Shown here: one piece after another, positions 1-8,311 of the stretch | Layout of the letters: every line of letters starts with the position of its first letter | Numbering within the stretch: the stretch's first letter is position 1 | Assembly: GCA_028700905.1 (NCBI GenBank) | Contig: JAQVRT010000005.1 | Coordinates: 1 to 22,157, forward strand | Length of the DNA stretch: 22,157 nucleotides | Origin: Candidatus Iainarchaeum sp. | GTDB taxonomy: Archaea > Iainarchaeota > Iainarchaeia > Iainarchaeales > CSSED10-239 | Reading direction: 5' to 3' | Notes under the pieces: generated by a model | What the model was told of the DNA's origin: nothing | Databases searched by the model: none | What the model saw: only the letters and a program-made list of their open reading frames with translations | Position numbers and translations under genes: made by a program

Positions 1-1760
1 AGAATTTTAAAATCTCCTGAATATCCGTAATTTCCTATTTCTATATTTTGTTTATTATTATAAAGTTTAATAAAGTAATTATAGTTATCAATTACATCTA
101 AATTAACATCATCAATTTTTTCTTTAGTAATTATTTTTTCTAAGCTTTTTAAATATTTACTTTTTTCTTGTTCTGTTGTATCTGTAATTTTTATTTTTAA
201 ATAGGTTTTATTTGTACAATTAATATTAAATCCATTATCTATAATATTTACTGTACATTCTTTAAGATTTCTATCATTATCTAAAAATTCTATAATTACA
301 TATTTATTTTCGATTTTATTTTCAAGTATTATTTTATTAATATTTGTAAAATTTGAATCAGTTATTAATAAACTTTCAGTAGTTGATGCAAGACTTAAAA
401 TATTATTATCTAATCTAATTTCATAATTTAAAAGTTGATCTCCTCCAGTGTTATCTATATCTATTTTAAATAATCCACTTCCTTGATTTGTAATTGTTGT
501 GCTTGGATGAGTTAAACTATCATATACTTTTAAAAAATCATTTTCTGGTTGATATCCGTTAACTTTTTTTAAATAAATTGTTTTTTGAGAATTTTCAAGA
601 ATATCCATTTTAATCCAAGTATAATAATCTGTTAGATATTCAATTTCATAATCATAATTATTTATTTCAAGACCTTGTGAAATTTCAAAATTAACATCTT
701 CATTTTCAATAATTGCTATTAATTGATTTGTGTTTGGGAAAATAACTAGTTTCTGTTTTGATAAGCTATCTTTTATTATTCCTGGATTGTTATTTTCAAT
801 TAAGCTATAATCTAAATTATTTTCAAAACTTAATATTAGGTTTCCAAGAAGGTTTCTATTTTCAAAAATATTTAAATCAATTTGATTTCCAGTAATATCT
901 AAATCAAAATAATTTGTATTAATTATATTTGAATTAATTTCAAGATAATTATTTTTATATATTTCAAAACTATCTATAAATTGTTCATTAATATTTTTAA
1001 GAATTATTTGTCCATTATTAATTGAACTTTGTGTGTTGTTTTCAACTATATAATCCTCAATAACACAACTAACTTCTCCATTATAGTTTGTGTTAACTTT
1101 TAATGTAATAAAATATTGCTCTTCATCAAAATTTACATCTACAAAATCTATTAAATAATTTCCAGAGTTATTTTGATCATATAATCTAAGTTGATTTTGA
1201 TCTATTGAACAAAGTGAATAATTATTAATATCTTGATAATTAAAATAAACATTCATATCTTGTGGTTCTATTATGTATTCAAAATAAACATTTGAGAATT
1301 CATCTATACTTTTTAATGTAGTTTCTTGATAGGCATATGCTTCTCCATTAAAGCTTATTATTTGTCCTTGATCTAATTGAAAATTAACTAAACTATTTTC
1401 ATCAATTATTTTTTCTTTAAAAATAATAGTTTTTGGCTTTTCAAAAGAATTATTTTCATCATAATAATAAAATGTTGATTTTTTAATTGAATCTAAAAAT
1501 AAAATATTTTCATCAATTATAAAATTAGAAGTTGCTCTTCCTTTATCAATATTTTCTAAAAAAAATATATCTTGATAATTGTTATCTGAATATACTGTAT
1601 ATTTTTCAATATTTTCAGTTAATTGAGAATAAACAATTTTAGAGGTGTATAAATCTTCTTGTTTTAAGTTGTCTGGAAGAAATCTTGGTATTGCTGTAAT
1701 TATTGCAAGTATTACAAATATAAAAATTACAAATGATACAATCCAATCTATGTGCTCCAT
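1..1760 (-). CDS. Large membrane-anchored surface protein, partial; its C-terminus runs off the left edge of the window. Not on the supplied ORF track.
   Basis: Manual minus-strand translation. The ATG is plus-strand 'cat' at 1758-1760. I walked every in-frame triplet down to base 3 and found no tta, cta or tca, giving 586 open codons. The N-terminus MEHIDWIVSFVIFIFVILAIITAIPRFLPDNLKQEDLY has one hydrophobic helix, followed by an Asn/Ile/Tyr/Asp-rich ectodomain that looks beta-rich. The segment NNYDYEIEYLTDYYTWIKMDILENSQKTIYLKK resembles, from memory, the DUF2341/ConA-like lectin signature; this is unverified. Confidence 0.7.
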   Translation of the reverse strand, partial: MEHIDWIVSFVIFIFVILAIITAIPRFLPDNLKQEDLYTSKIVYSQLTENIEKYTVYSDNNYQDIFFLENIDKGRATSNFIIDENILFLDSIKKSTFYYYDENNSFEKPKTIIFKEKIIDENSLVNFQLDQGQIISFNGEAYAYQETTLKSIDEFSNVYFEYIIEPQDMNVYFNYQDINNYSLCSIDQNQLRLYDQNNSGNYLIDFVDVNFDEEQYFITLKVNTNYNGEVSCVIEDYIVENNTQSSINNGQIILKNINEQFIDSFEIYKNNYLEINSNIINTNYFDLDITGNQIDLNIFENRNLLGNLILSFENNLDYSLIENNNPGIIKDSLSKQKLVIFPNTNQLIAIIENEDVNFEISQGLEINNYDYEIEYLTDYYTWIKMDILENSQKTIYLKKVNGYQPENDFLKVYDSLTHPSTTITNQGSGLFKIDIDNTGGDQLLNYEIRLDNNILSLASTTESLLITDSNFTNINKIILENKIENKYVIIEFLDNDRNLKECTVNIIDNGFNINCTNKTYLKIKITDTTEQEKSKYLKSLEKIITKEKIDDVNLDVIDNYNYFIKLYNNKQNIEIGNYGYSGDFKI

Positions 1761-1780
1761 ATTATATTAACTCTTTAAAT

Positions 1781-3262
1781 TTATGATGTTTTTTCTTCAA
1801 TGTTTATTATGATGTTTTTTGATATGTTTATTGTTTCATCAATTCTAAAAGGATGTTTGTATTCTACATTTATTCCACAAATTCTGCTATTATTTATTGT
1901 ATCTCCAATTAATGAAGGATCTTTTGCAAATATCGTTATTGGAATTTCAGGTTTTGTGTTTTTAATAACTCTTTTATCTGGGAGTGAATTTTCTGAAATA
2001 TAAATATAATTGTTACAATCTTTTTTGTCAGGATCTAAATTAAGAATAGATATATTTACAATTTCTATATCTATTGTACTTTTATTATCTAAAGTTAAAG
2101 TTATATATTTTTTATCAGTAGTTGTGTTATTTGAATCATAATTAATTTCTGTTTCACTTGTACTTAATTTAGTGTCAAAATCAATACTTGGTTCTTCAAT
2201 TGTGATTTTAATTGGAATTATTTTATTTTCATCAAATGCAGAACTTGAAAAAATTAAATTTCCATTTAATGTATCACTTTTTGCATATTGTGGTATTGAA
2301 ACTGAAAGACTTAAAGTTGTATTTTTTTTAGCAGGAATTAAAATATTTCCATTATCATAATTAAACCATTCTTTTACATTTTCATTTTCTTCACTATTAA
2401 TTTCAAGTGCTATTTTTAAATCTGAAATTGGACTGCTATTTTTAGAATTTCCAATGTTTATTGTAAAATTACTATTATTTCCACTTTCAATTGTTTTTTC
2501 AATATCTGCTTTTATTGTAACATCTGGAATTTCTGTTATTTCAAAACTAGTTTTTTTAGAATCTGATTTATATTTAATTCTTACCTTAATATCATTTTCT
2601 TTATTTCCAGTATCATCTACAATATACCTTAAATTAATATTCATTCTTTGTTTTGGAGGAATAACTATGTCTTCAACAGATATTACTTCTTGATAGTTAT
2701 CTACATATTCATAAGCCCAATCTTCAATATCTCCTTCTACAATTATATTTGAAGGATCATAAATTTCTTTTTCAGAAGTATTTATAACTTCAATTGAAAG
2801 AATTGCCATTTGATTTTTAAAAACTTTTTCTGGAAAAGTAATTTTCTCTAAAGATAGACTAATATTTTTTTCAAGCTCAAAATCTTTATTAAAAGTTTCT
2901 TTAAATTCTGTTTCTGTACTTGATTTATATAACTTATATCCTGTTGCTTGTATTTGATAATAATAAGTGCCTTTTTTTAATTCTCCTGTAGTTCCATTTT
3001 GTAAATTAAGGACTGTATCTGTAAACATAGCACTTTTTGAAATTTGTATATTTGCAGGAATGGTTTCTCCTTCTGTGTTCTTTACATTAAAAGTTACATC
3101 CACTTTATTTAAGAATAAATAGTTTGAACCATAATAAATTCCAAGTCCAATTAATATTATTACAAGTATAAATGTTACAAGTCCATTACTTTTTTTCTTT
3201 TCAGAAGTTTGATTATAATAATTTGTGCTTCCTGATGAAAATGGATCAAATTTTTCAGCCAT
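1781..3262 (-). CDS. Signal-anchored surface protein with PEGA/CarboxypepD_reg-like and Ig-like (CARDB/NEW3-like) beta-sandwich segments; function unknown
   Basis: 493-aa ORF. Its ATG directly follows the stop of the upstream gene with a 0-nt spacer. A Lys-rich head (EKKKSNG) precedes a single TM helix, LVTFILVIILIGLGIYYG. Next comes VDVTFNVKNTEGETIPANIQI...GELKKGTYYYQIQATGYKLY, a PEGA-like pattern. About three further ~100-aa Asn/Ser/Ile-rich segments show an alternating hydrophobic pattern. No catalytic motif seen. Confidence 0.75.
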   Translation of the reverse strand: MAEKFDPFSSGSTNYYNQTSEKKKSNGLVTFILVIILIGLGIYYGSNYLFLNKVDVTFNVKNTEGETIPANIQISKSAMFTDTVLNLQNGTTGELKKGTYYYQIQATGYKLYKSSTETEFKETFNKDFELEKNISLSLEKITFPEKVFKNQMAILSIEVINTSEKEIYDPSNIIVEGDIEDWAYEYVDNYQEVISVEDIVIPPKQRMNINLRYIVDDTGNKENDIKVRIKYKSDSKKTSFEITEIPDVTIKADIEKTIESGNNSNFTINIGNSKNSSPISDLKIALEINSEENENVKEWFNYDNGNILIPAKKNTTLSLSVSIPQYAKSDTLNGNLIFSSSAFDENKIIPIKITIEEPSIDFDTKLSTSETEINYDSNNTTTDKKYITLTLDNKSTIDIEIVNISILNLDPDKKDCNNYIYISENSLPDKRVIKNTKPEIPITIFAKDPSLIGDTINNSRICGINVEYKHPFRIDETINISKNIIINIEEKTS

Positions 3263-4108
3263 TTATTTACCCTCATATACTTTTGATAATGCATATCTTG
3301 TACTTAAAAGTTCATCTTTAAGTTCTTTTATAAGCTCTAATGCTAATTTTTCTTTTTCAAGATTTGCTTTTTCACTTTCATCTATATCAAGTGTTAGCTT
3401 TTTGATTACTTTATACATTTCTGTAATTTCTTTTTCAACTTTAAGTAAATGTACATTTAATAAAACACTTTTCTTTTCATTAATTTTTATTTTCTTTATT
3501 AGTTCATTTTCAATATTTGTAATTAATGATTCTTTTGCTCTTTCTTTTGATTCTAACCACTTATAATCTTGTACTTTTTTTCTAAGTAGTTTGTTATCTT
3601 CTTCTTTATCTTGAATTATTCTTAATAATTCTTCTATAGACTTCTTTTGATTAGATATGTCAACATACTTATATTTTACTTTAGTTTTAACTTCTTCTAA
3701 AAAACTTAAAAATAATGTAATCTCATTTTTTAATTGTTCTTCAATATCATAAAATATTTGTGGTCTTGTGATTGCTTCTTTAATATTTATTAAATCGTGA
3801 TTTATTTCTTTTTTATTAACTTCTAGAAATATTTGTGAATTAATATTATTTGAAATCATTAAAAAGTTTTGATAAAATAGATCCATTTTAGAAAAATTTA
3901 TTTCTGATGAATATTGTATAACTGTATATTTATTAAGCTCTAATATTTCTTTTGATAAACTTTCAAGTTTTGTTTTTATTTCATTTAATTTATCAATAAG
4001 TTCTTTTTTTTCAAGTTTATAGAGTGGAGTTGGCATTAATCTATAAATCTCTCTTGATTTTATTAATAATTGATCTATATATTCTAAAATGTTCTTCATA
4101 TTTCTCAC
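3263..4108 (-). CDS. Coiled-coil protein with no TM segment; function unknown
   Basis: 281-aa ORF rich in K/E/L/I with heptad-like stretches, e.g. KELIDKLNEIKTKLESLSKEILELNK and EKANLEKEKLALELIKELKDELL. The track start at 4108 is a GTG; the first ATG is at 4099-4097. The stop at 3263-3265 abuts the ATG of the next gene. Confidence 0.7.
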   Translation of the reverse strand: MRNMKNILEYIDQLLIKSREIYRLMPTPLYKLEKKELIDKLNEIKTKLESLSKEILELNKYTVIQYSSEINFSKMDLFYQNFLMISNNINSQIFLEVNKKEINHDLINIKEAITRPQIFYDIEEQLKNEITLFLSFLEEVKTKVKYKYVDISNQKKSIEELLRIIQDKEEDNKLLRKKVQDYKWLESKERAKESLITNIENELIKKIKINEKKSVLLNVHLLKVEKEITEMYKVIKKLTLDIDESEKANLEKEKLALELIKELKDELLSTRYALSKVYEGK

Positions 4109-4197
4109 TTATATATAAGTATAAATATTTAATAAATATATCTTTTTTATAAATCCTTTGGTATATACTTTTAATATACTTAAATTATTTAAAGGTA

Positions 4198-4836
4198 GTG
4201 TTATTTATGTCTTCTTTAGTATCTCAGATTAATTATCTTAAGAAAAAAGATGTTAAACAAGTTATTGATAAAAAAATTAAATCTTTTTCAAAAATAAAAA
4301 ATAAAAGTAATAAAGAGATTTTCAAAGAACTTTCTTTTTGTGTTTTAACTGCAAATTATAATGCTAAAAAAGCAATTGAAATTCAAAAAAAAATAAAAGA
4401 TGGTTTTCTTTTTCTTTCTCTTAAAGATTTATCTTTAAAGCTTAAAGAATTAGGTTATAGATATCCAAATTTAAGAGCAGAATATATAGTATCTAATAGA
4501 AAGCATTTAGATTCTTTAAAAACTGTTTTAAAAACATTTAAAGATAAACAAGCTTTAAGAGATTGGTTTGCAGAAAATATAAAAGGTATATCTTATAAAG
4601 AATCTTCTCATTTCTTAAGAAATATAGGTTATAATGATTATGCAATCATTGATTTCCATATAGTTGATATATTAATTAAAAATGGGTATTTAAAAGAAAA
4701 ACCTAAATCTTTAAACAGACAAAAATATTTAGAAATTGAAAATATTTTAGCTGAAATTTCAAAAAAAGTAAAGCTTTCTCAAGGAGAGCTTGATTTTTAT
4801 TTATGGTATCTTGAAACAGGTACTGTTTTAAAATAA
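4198..4836 (+). CDS. ogg: 8-oxoguanine DNA glycosylase/AP lyase, archaeal Ogg2-type (HhH-GPD superfamily)
   Basis: The motif GISYKESSHFLRNIGYNDYAIIDFHIVD matches the Ogg2 helix-hairpin-helix signature (K-x-x-SHFLRN-x-G ... D-x-H), with the catalytic Lys and Asp present. Position 4198 is a GTG; an ATG at 4207 is an equally plausible start. AAGGTAGTG lies upstream as a Shine-Dalgarno-like sequence. Confidence 0.8.
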   Translation: MLFMSSLVSQINYLKKKDVKQVIDKKIKSFSKIKNKSNKEIFKELSFCVLTANYNAKKAIEIQKKIKDGFLFLSLKDLSLKLKELGYRYPNLRAEYIVSNRKHLDSLKTVLKTFKDKQALRDWFAENIKGISYKESSHFLRNIGYNDYAIIDFHIVDILIKNGYLKEKPKSLNRQKYLEIENILAEISKKVKLSQGELDFYLWYLETGTVLK

Positions 4837-4863
4837 TCTGTTATAAAATATAATTATAAATAA

Positions 4864-4872
4864 GAGGTGATC
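4864..4872 (+). promoter_or_regulatory. Shine-Dalgarno sequence GAGGTGATC, 4 nt upstream of the stomatin ATG
   Basis: The 9-nt GAGGTGATC is complementary to the conserved 3' end of archaeal/bacterial 16S rRNA (GAUCACCUC). Weaker GGTG/AGGT elements sit before several other genes: 4194-4200, 15614-15620, 20721-20725 and 21307-21311. Confidence 0.6.
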
Positions 4873-4876
4873 TTTA

Positions 4877-5620
4877 ATGATTGGTTTGTATATTGTTTTA
4901 GGTATTTTAATATTTATTTCTTTCTTTGGAATAAGAGTTCTTTATCAATATGAAAGAGGAATAGTTTTCACTTTAGGAAGATATTCAAAACTTTCTGATC
5001 CTGGTTTAAGATGGATTGTTCCAATTTTTCAAACTATGAGACAAGTTGATATCCGTATAAAAACTGCTGATATTCCTAGACAAGAAGTAATTACAAAAGA
5101 TAATATCCCTTTACTTGCAAATACAGTTGTTTATTTTAAAGTTGAAAGCCCTGTTGATGCTATCATAAAAATAGAAGATTTTGAATATGCTGTTAAACAA
5201 TACACTCAAGCTGCTTTAAGAGATGTTGTTGGAAACTCTGAGTTAGATTTTGTTTTAACTGAGAGAGAAAAAATTGCAACAAGTATTAAAGAAATTGTTG
5301 ATTCTGAAACTTCTGGGTGGGGAATTAATATTGAATCTATAAAGATACAAGAAATTGAACTTCCTGCTGAAATGAAAAGAGCAATGGCAAAACAAGCTGA
5401 GGCTGAAAGAGAAAAGAGAGCTGTAATTATTGCTGCAGAAGGTGAATTAAAAGCTTCTGAAAATTTAAGTAAAGCTGCATTAAATTTATCTAAAAACCCA
5501 GCTGCACTTCATTTAAGAACTTTGCAAACAATAAGAGATATTGCATCTGACCCTTCTGAGAAAATTGTTTTGTTCCTTCCTTCAGATACTAAGGATATAA
5601 TAAAAAAAATAAGTAAGTAG
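4877..5620 (+). CDS. SPFH/Band 7 (stomatin/prohibitin-like) membrane protein
   Basis: An N-terminal TM helix (IGLYIVLGILIFISFFGI) is followed by YERGIVFTLGRY...GLRWIVPIFQ...DIPRQEVITKDN. A C-terminal Ala/Glu-rich helix reads AMAKQAEAEREKRAVIIAAEGE. This is the classic stomatin pattern. Confidence 0.9.
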   Translation: MIGLYIVLGILIFISFFGIRVLYQYERGIVFTLGRYSKLSDPGLRWIVPIFQTMRQVDIRIKTADIPRQEVITKDNIPLLANTVVYFKVESPVDAIIKIEDFEYAVKQYTQAALRDVVGNSELDFVLTEREKIATSIKEIVDSETSGWGINIESIKIQEIELPAEMKRAMAKQAEAEREKRAVIIAAEGELKASENLSKAALNLSKNPAALHLRTLQTIRDIASDPSEKIVLFLPSDTKDIIKKISK

Positions 5621-5631
5621 GTTTTTTAAGA

Positions 5632-6420
5632 ATGGCTAGCTTTTTAGATTTGTTTAAAATTAGTGTTGATTTAAATAATCCAAACTTCACTAATTTTAAT
5701 CAAATTAATTTTTCAGGAGTTAATTCTTGGGATTTTAATTTAAAAAGTAAAATTCCTTTTAAAAAAAATGAAAGATATCTTCAAATTGCTTTTAATAATG
5801 ATTTATCAGAAGCTATAAGAGTAATTCCTAAGATTCCTAAAAATCCAAATATAATAATTGAAGCTGGCACTCCTTTTATAAAAAAAGAAGGTATCAGAGG
5901 TATTAGGACACTTTCTTTATTGTGGGGTGGAAAAGTTGTTGCTGATCTTAAAACAATAGATGGTGCTATACAAGAATTAGATTTTTTATATAATACTAAT
6001 GCTTCTTGTGCAACTGTTCTTGCAAATGCATCTGTTGAAACAATTAATTTATTTATTTCTGAATGTCAAAAAAGAAATATTGAGTCTATGGTAGATATGA
6101 TTGGAATTGAAGATCCTTTATCTGTTTTACGTAAACTTAAAAAACCTCCAAAAGTTATTGTTATTCATAAAGGAAGAGATGAAGAGTCTACAAATGGTAA
6201 ACTTATTAAATATAGACACATTAATAAAATTAGAAGTAAGTATGATGTAATCATTTCTGCTGCTGGTGGAGTTGATGAAAAAGAAGCAAGAAGTGCTATT
6301 TTTAATGGAGCAAATATTGTTGTTATAAATGTAGTTAATAGTTCAGATGGTCTTACAGGTATTAATTCTTATGGAGATATTTCAAAAATAGTTGCTAAAT
6401 ATTTAGAAATCTTAAAATAA
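5632..6420 (+). CDS. 3-hexulose-6-phosphate synthase-like protein (OMP decarboxylase/KGPDC-HPS superfamily) with a ~50-aa N-terminal extension
   Basis: LQIAFNNDL...IIIEAGTPFIKKEGIRGIRTL...KVVADLKTIDGA...ISAAGGVDEKEARSAIFNGANIVVI aligns by eye with the HPS/KGPDC pattern (LQxALD ... E-x-GTP ... ADLKTxD ... AGGI ... GAxIxxVG). Confidence 0.6.
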   Translation: MASFLDLFKISVDLNNPNFTNFNQINFSGVNSWDFNLKSKIPFKKNERYLQIAFNNDLSEAIRVIPKIPKNPNIIIEAGTPFIKKEGIRGIRTLSLLWGGKVVADLKTIDGAIQELDFLYNTNASCATVLANASVETINLFISECQKRNIESMVDMIGIEDPLSVLRKLKKPPKVIVIHKGRDEESTNGKLIKYRHINKIRSKYDVIISAAGGVDEKEARSAIFNGANIVVINVVNSSDGLTGINSYGDISKIVAKYLEILK

Positions 6421-6424
6421 TTTT

Positions 6425-6745
6425 TTAAAAAGATCCAATTCCTTTTTTAACTTCAAATCTTTTTTGATATTTTTCTAAAACTTTTTCTAAAGCAATTTCA
6501 AGATCAACATCTAGTTGGTTTGCAATAGTTATTAAGGAAAATAAAACATCTCCAATCTCTGATTTTGTGTTTTCTGTAATCTTAAAATCTTTTTTTCCAT
6601 AATCTGTTCCTTTTATAATTTCTTTGGAAACTTCTCCGACTTCTGAAACTAAATCAAGCACTTTTATCTCAAGTGTACTATCAAGATTTTTATCTTTACA
6701 AAATTTATTAATTTTTTCTTGTATTTTTTTCATAATTTTAATCAC
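6425..6745 (-). CDS. MazG-like nucleoside triphosphate pyrophosphohydrolase (small all-alpha NTP-PPase)
   Basis: 106 aa with LVSEVGEVSKEI and SEIGDVLFSLITIANQLDVDLEIALEKVLEKYQKR. These correspond to the E-x-x-E and E-x-x-D metal-binding helices of the MazG family. The start overlaps the Pus10 stop by 4 nt. Confidence 0.75.
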   Translation of the reverse strand: MIKIMKKIQEKINKFCKDKNLDSTLEIKVLDLVSEVGEVSKEIIKGTDYGKKDFKITENTKSEIGDVLFSLITIANQLDVDLEIALEKVLEKYQKRFEVKKGIGSF

Positions 6746-7779
6746 TCCCTATATATCCAAATAACATCAAGTTTTATGCATTTACAATTTATTCCTATAA
6801 TCTCTGAGATTGAAGGTCTAGTTTTCTCACCTTCTCCAGAAATAAATTCTTTAACATAGAGTCCAGCTTCTGCTTTTATTTCTATTTCAAAAATTGTGTT
6901 ATTATTTTTTTTAACATCTAATATTTCTATACTTCTTTCTCTAGTTATAAGTGCTCTTCTTTTTGCAACTCTTTTAGGTGTAAATTGTTTTATTTTAAAT
7001 TCTTGATTTATTTTAATTTTATCTAAATCTTCTTGATTTATTTCAGTTTCACATTCTGCAGTAACTTTATATTTTTTAAAATATTTTTCATTTTTGATTT
7101 CTGCAACTTTTTCTTTCTCTGTAATCTTAAGATTAGATATCTTTATTTTTTCTTTTTCATTATTGTTAATATTATTTTCAACTTCTAAAAGGTCTTCCTT
7201 GCTAATTTTACGTTCTTTAGGTTCTGTCATTTCAATAATAAATTCACGTCCATTTCCAAGCATTAACACATCAATATCTTCTCTACCTGCTCCATGAAAT
7301 TTAAGTTCTTTAAAATTATATTTTTCTCTAAAGTATTTTTCTAAAATTTCCTGAATAGATATATTTCTTAATATTCCTGTGTTATTACAGAAAGAACATC
7401 CTTTTCCTCTACATTTATAACAAAAATCAATTGTTTGAGGTAGTTCTCTTGAATATTTATTATAAATTCCATAAACATAAAGTGAGGTTATTTTATATTC
7501 AATTTGTTTATAATTAAAATCAATTATTATATCAATATCTCCAAAAGAGACTTCTGTTCTTTTTTTTAAAAGTTCTTTTTCAATACCAACAACTAAGTTA
7601 TATTGAAATTCTTTTTTTAAAAGTAGTTTTTCTTCTTCAGTTACAGAATAAGGATAACTAATTCCTAAATTAAATGTTTCAAATTGATATTCTTTTAAAT
7701 CTTCTTTTATTATGTTAATTAAATATTTAACATTAAATTTATCTTCTGGTATTTCAAAATTAGTCATCATATATTTCAA
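6742..7779 (-). CDS. pus10: tRNA pseudouridine synthase Pus10 (archaeal Psi54/Psi55 synthase)
   Basis: GAGREDIDVLMLGNGREFIIEM matches the Pus10 catalytic motif (G-x-GREDxDVRMLGxGRPF). The C-terminal AGLYVKEFISGEGEKTRPSISEIIG is typical of Pus10. A four-Cys knuckle, CYKCRGKGCSFC, is present. Internal Met codons at aa 4 and 5 are alternative starts. Confidence 0.85.
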   Translation of the reverse strand: MKYMMTNFEIPEDKFNVKYLINIIKEDLKEYQFETFNLGISYPYSVTEEEKLLLKKEFQYNLVVGIEKELLKKRTEVSFGDIDIIIDFNYKQIEYKITSLYVYGIYNKYSRELPQTIDFCYKCRGKGCSFCNNTGILRNISIQEILEKYFREKYNFKELKFHGAGREDIDVLMLGNGREFIIEMTEPKERKISKEDLLEVENNINNNEKEKIKISNLKITEKEKVAEIKNEKYFKKYKVTAECETEINQEDLDKIKINQEFKIKQFTPKRVAKRRALITRERSIEILDVKKNNNTIFEIEIKAEAGLYVKEFISGEGEKTRPSISEIIGINCKCIKLDVIWIYRE

Positions 7780-8296
7780 CTTCTAAAATGTAATTTATTT
7801 TATATTCTTTAAATAATTTATTTGTACTTTTATTTTTATAAACTCCAAAACATGAAATACCTATAATTTCACATCCAGTTTTTTTAATCAGTTTTATAGC
7901 TCCTTTTATTTGAGCTCCAGTTTCAATCCAATCGTCAATAATAAGTATTTTATCTTTTTTTGTAATTAAGTCTTTATTCATTTCAAGTATTTTAATTTTA
8001 TTTGAATAATCTTTTATTTGTGTAGAATAAATTTTATTTTTTTTACAAAATAATTTGTTTTCTTTTCTAATCGTTACAAACCCTATTTTTAAATAATTTG
8101 CACTAGCTGCTCCTAATATAAAACCAAGTGCATCAATACTAACTATTTTTGTTGGTTTTTTAAATGGAGTTACAAGATCTATAATCAAATTTTTAAATAT
8201 TTGTTTGTTAGCAAATAAGGGAGTTAAATCTCTTCTATGTGTTTTTGTTTGGTAATTTATGTATTTATTATAATATTCAAATTTCATATTTTTCAA
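7760..8296 (-). CDS. Type I phosphoribosyltransferase, adenine/purine PRTase-like
   Basis: PRPP-binding loop KILIIDDWIETGAQIKGAIKLIKKTGCEIIGIS. Upstream, SIDALGFILGAASANYLKIGFVTIRKENKL resembles the Apt pattern (RGFxxG..A..LG.GFV.IRK.GKL). Confidence 0.75.
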   Translation of the reverse strand: MKNMKFEYYNKYINYQTKTHRRDLTPLFANKQIFKNLIIDLVTPFKKPTKIVSIDALGFILGAASANYLKIGFVTIRKENKLFCKKNKIYSTQIKDYSNKIKILEMNKDLITKKDKILIIDDWIETGAQIKGAIKLIKKTGCEIIGISCFGVYKNKSTNKLFKEYKINYILEVEIYDD

Positions 8297-8301
8297 CTTC
8301 T

Positions 8302-8308
8302 AAAAAAA
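8302..8308 (-). terminator. Oligo-T tract (T7 on the minus strand) immediately 3' of tRNA-Leu
   Basis: Plus-strand aaaaaaa at 8302-8308 reads TTTTTTT on the tRNA strand, 4 nt past the tRNA 3' end. Archaeal RNA polymerase terminates at oligo-T. It lies only 6 nt upstream of the PRTase ATG. Confidence 0.4.
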
Positions 8309-8311
8309 TAG

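Noticed and set aside
1670-1760. Class III (type IV pilin-like) signal peptide on the large surface proteins
   Set aside because: The N-termini (MEHIDWIVSF... and MAEKFDPFSS...KKKSNGLVTF...) lack the short basic n-region followed by a [KR]-[GA] cleavage site directly before the hydrophobic stretch. They look like uncleaved signal anchors.
1800-2693. Three plus-strand ORFs (1800..2003, 2172..2360, 2454..2693) antisense to the 493-aa surface-protein gene
   Set aside because: They are short, Phe/Ile/Leu-rich translations, typical of the reverse frame of an Asn/Lys/Glu-rich AT-biased gene. They have no Shine-Dalgarno or promoter context and lie fully inside a much longer, coherent ORF.
3225-3566. 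113-aa plus-strand ORF antisense to the coiled-coil gene
   Set aside because: Its Ser/Phe/Leu low-complexity translation is the mirror image of a K/E/L coiled-coil coding sequence. It also spans a junction between two minus-strand genes.
4163-4181. Direct repeat ATATACTT (4163-4170 and 4174-4181) in the divergent spacer upstream of ogg
   Set aside because: It is an 8-bp AT-rich repeat in a TATA-rich promoter region and is easily explained by chance. It may simply be overlapping TATA-like boxes.
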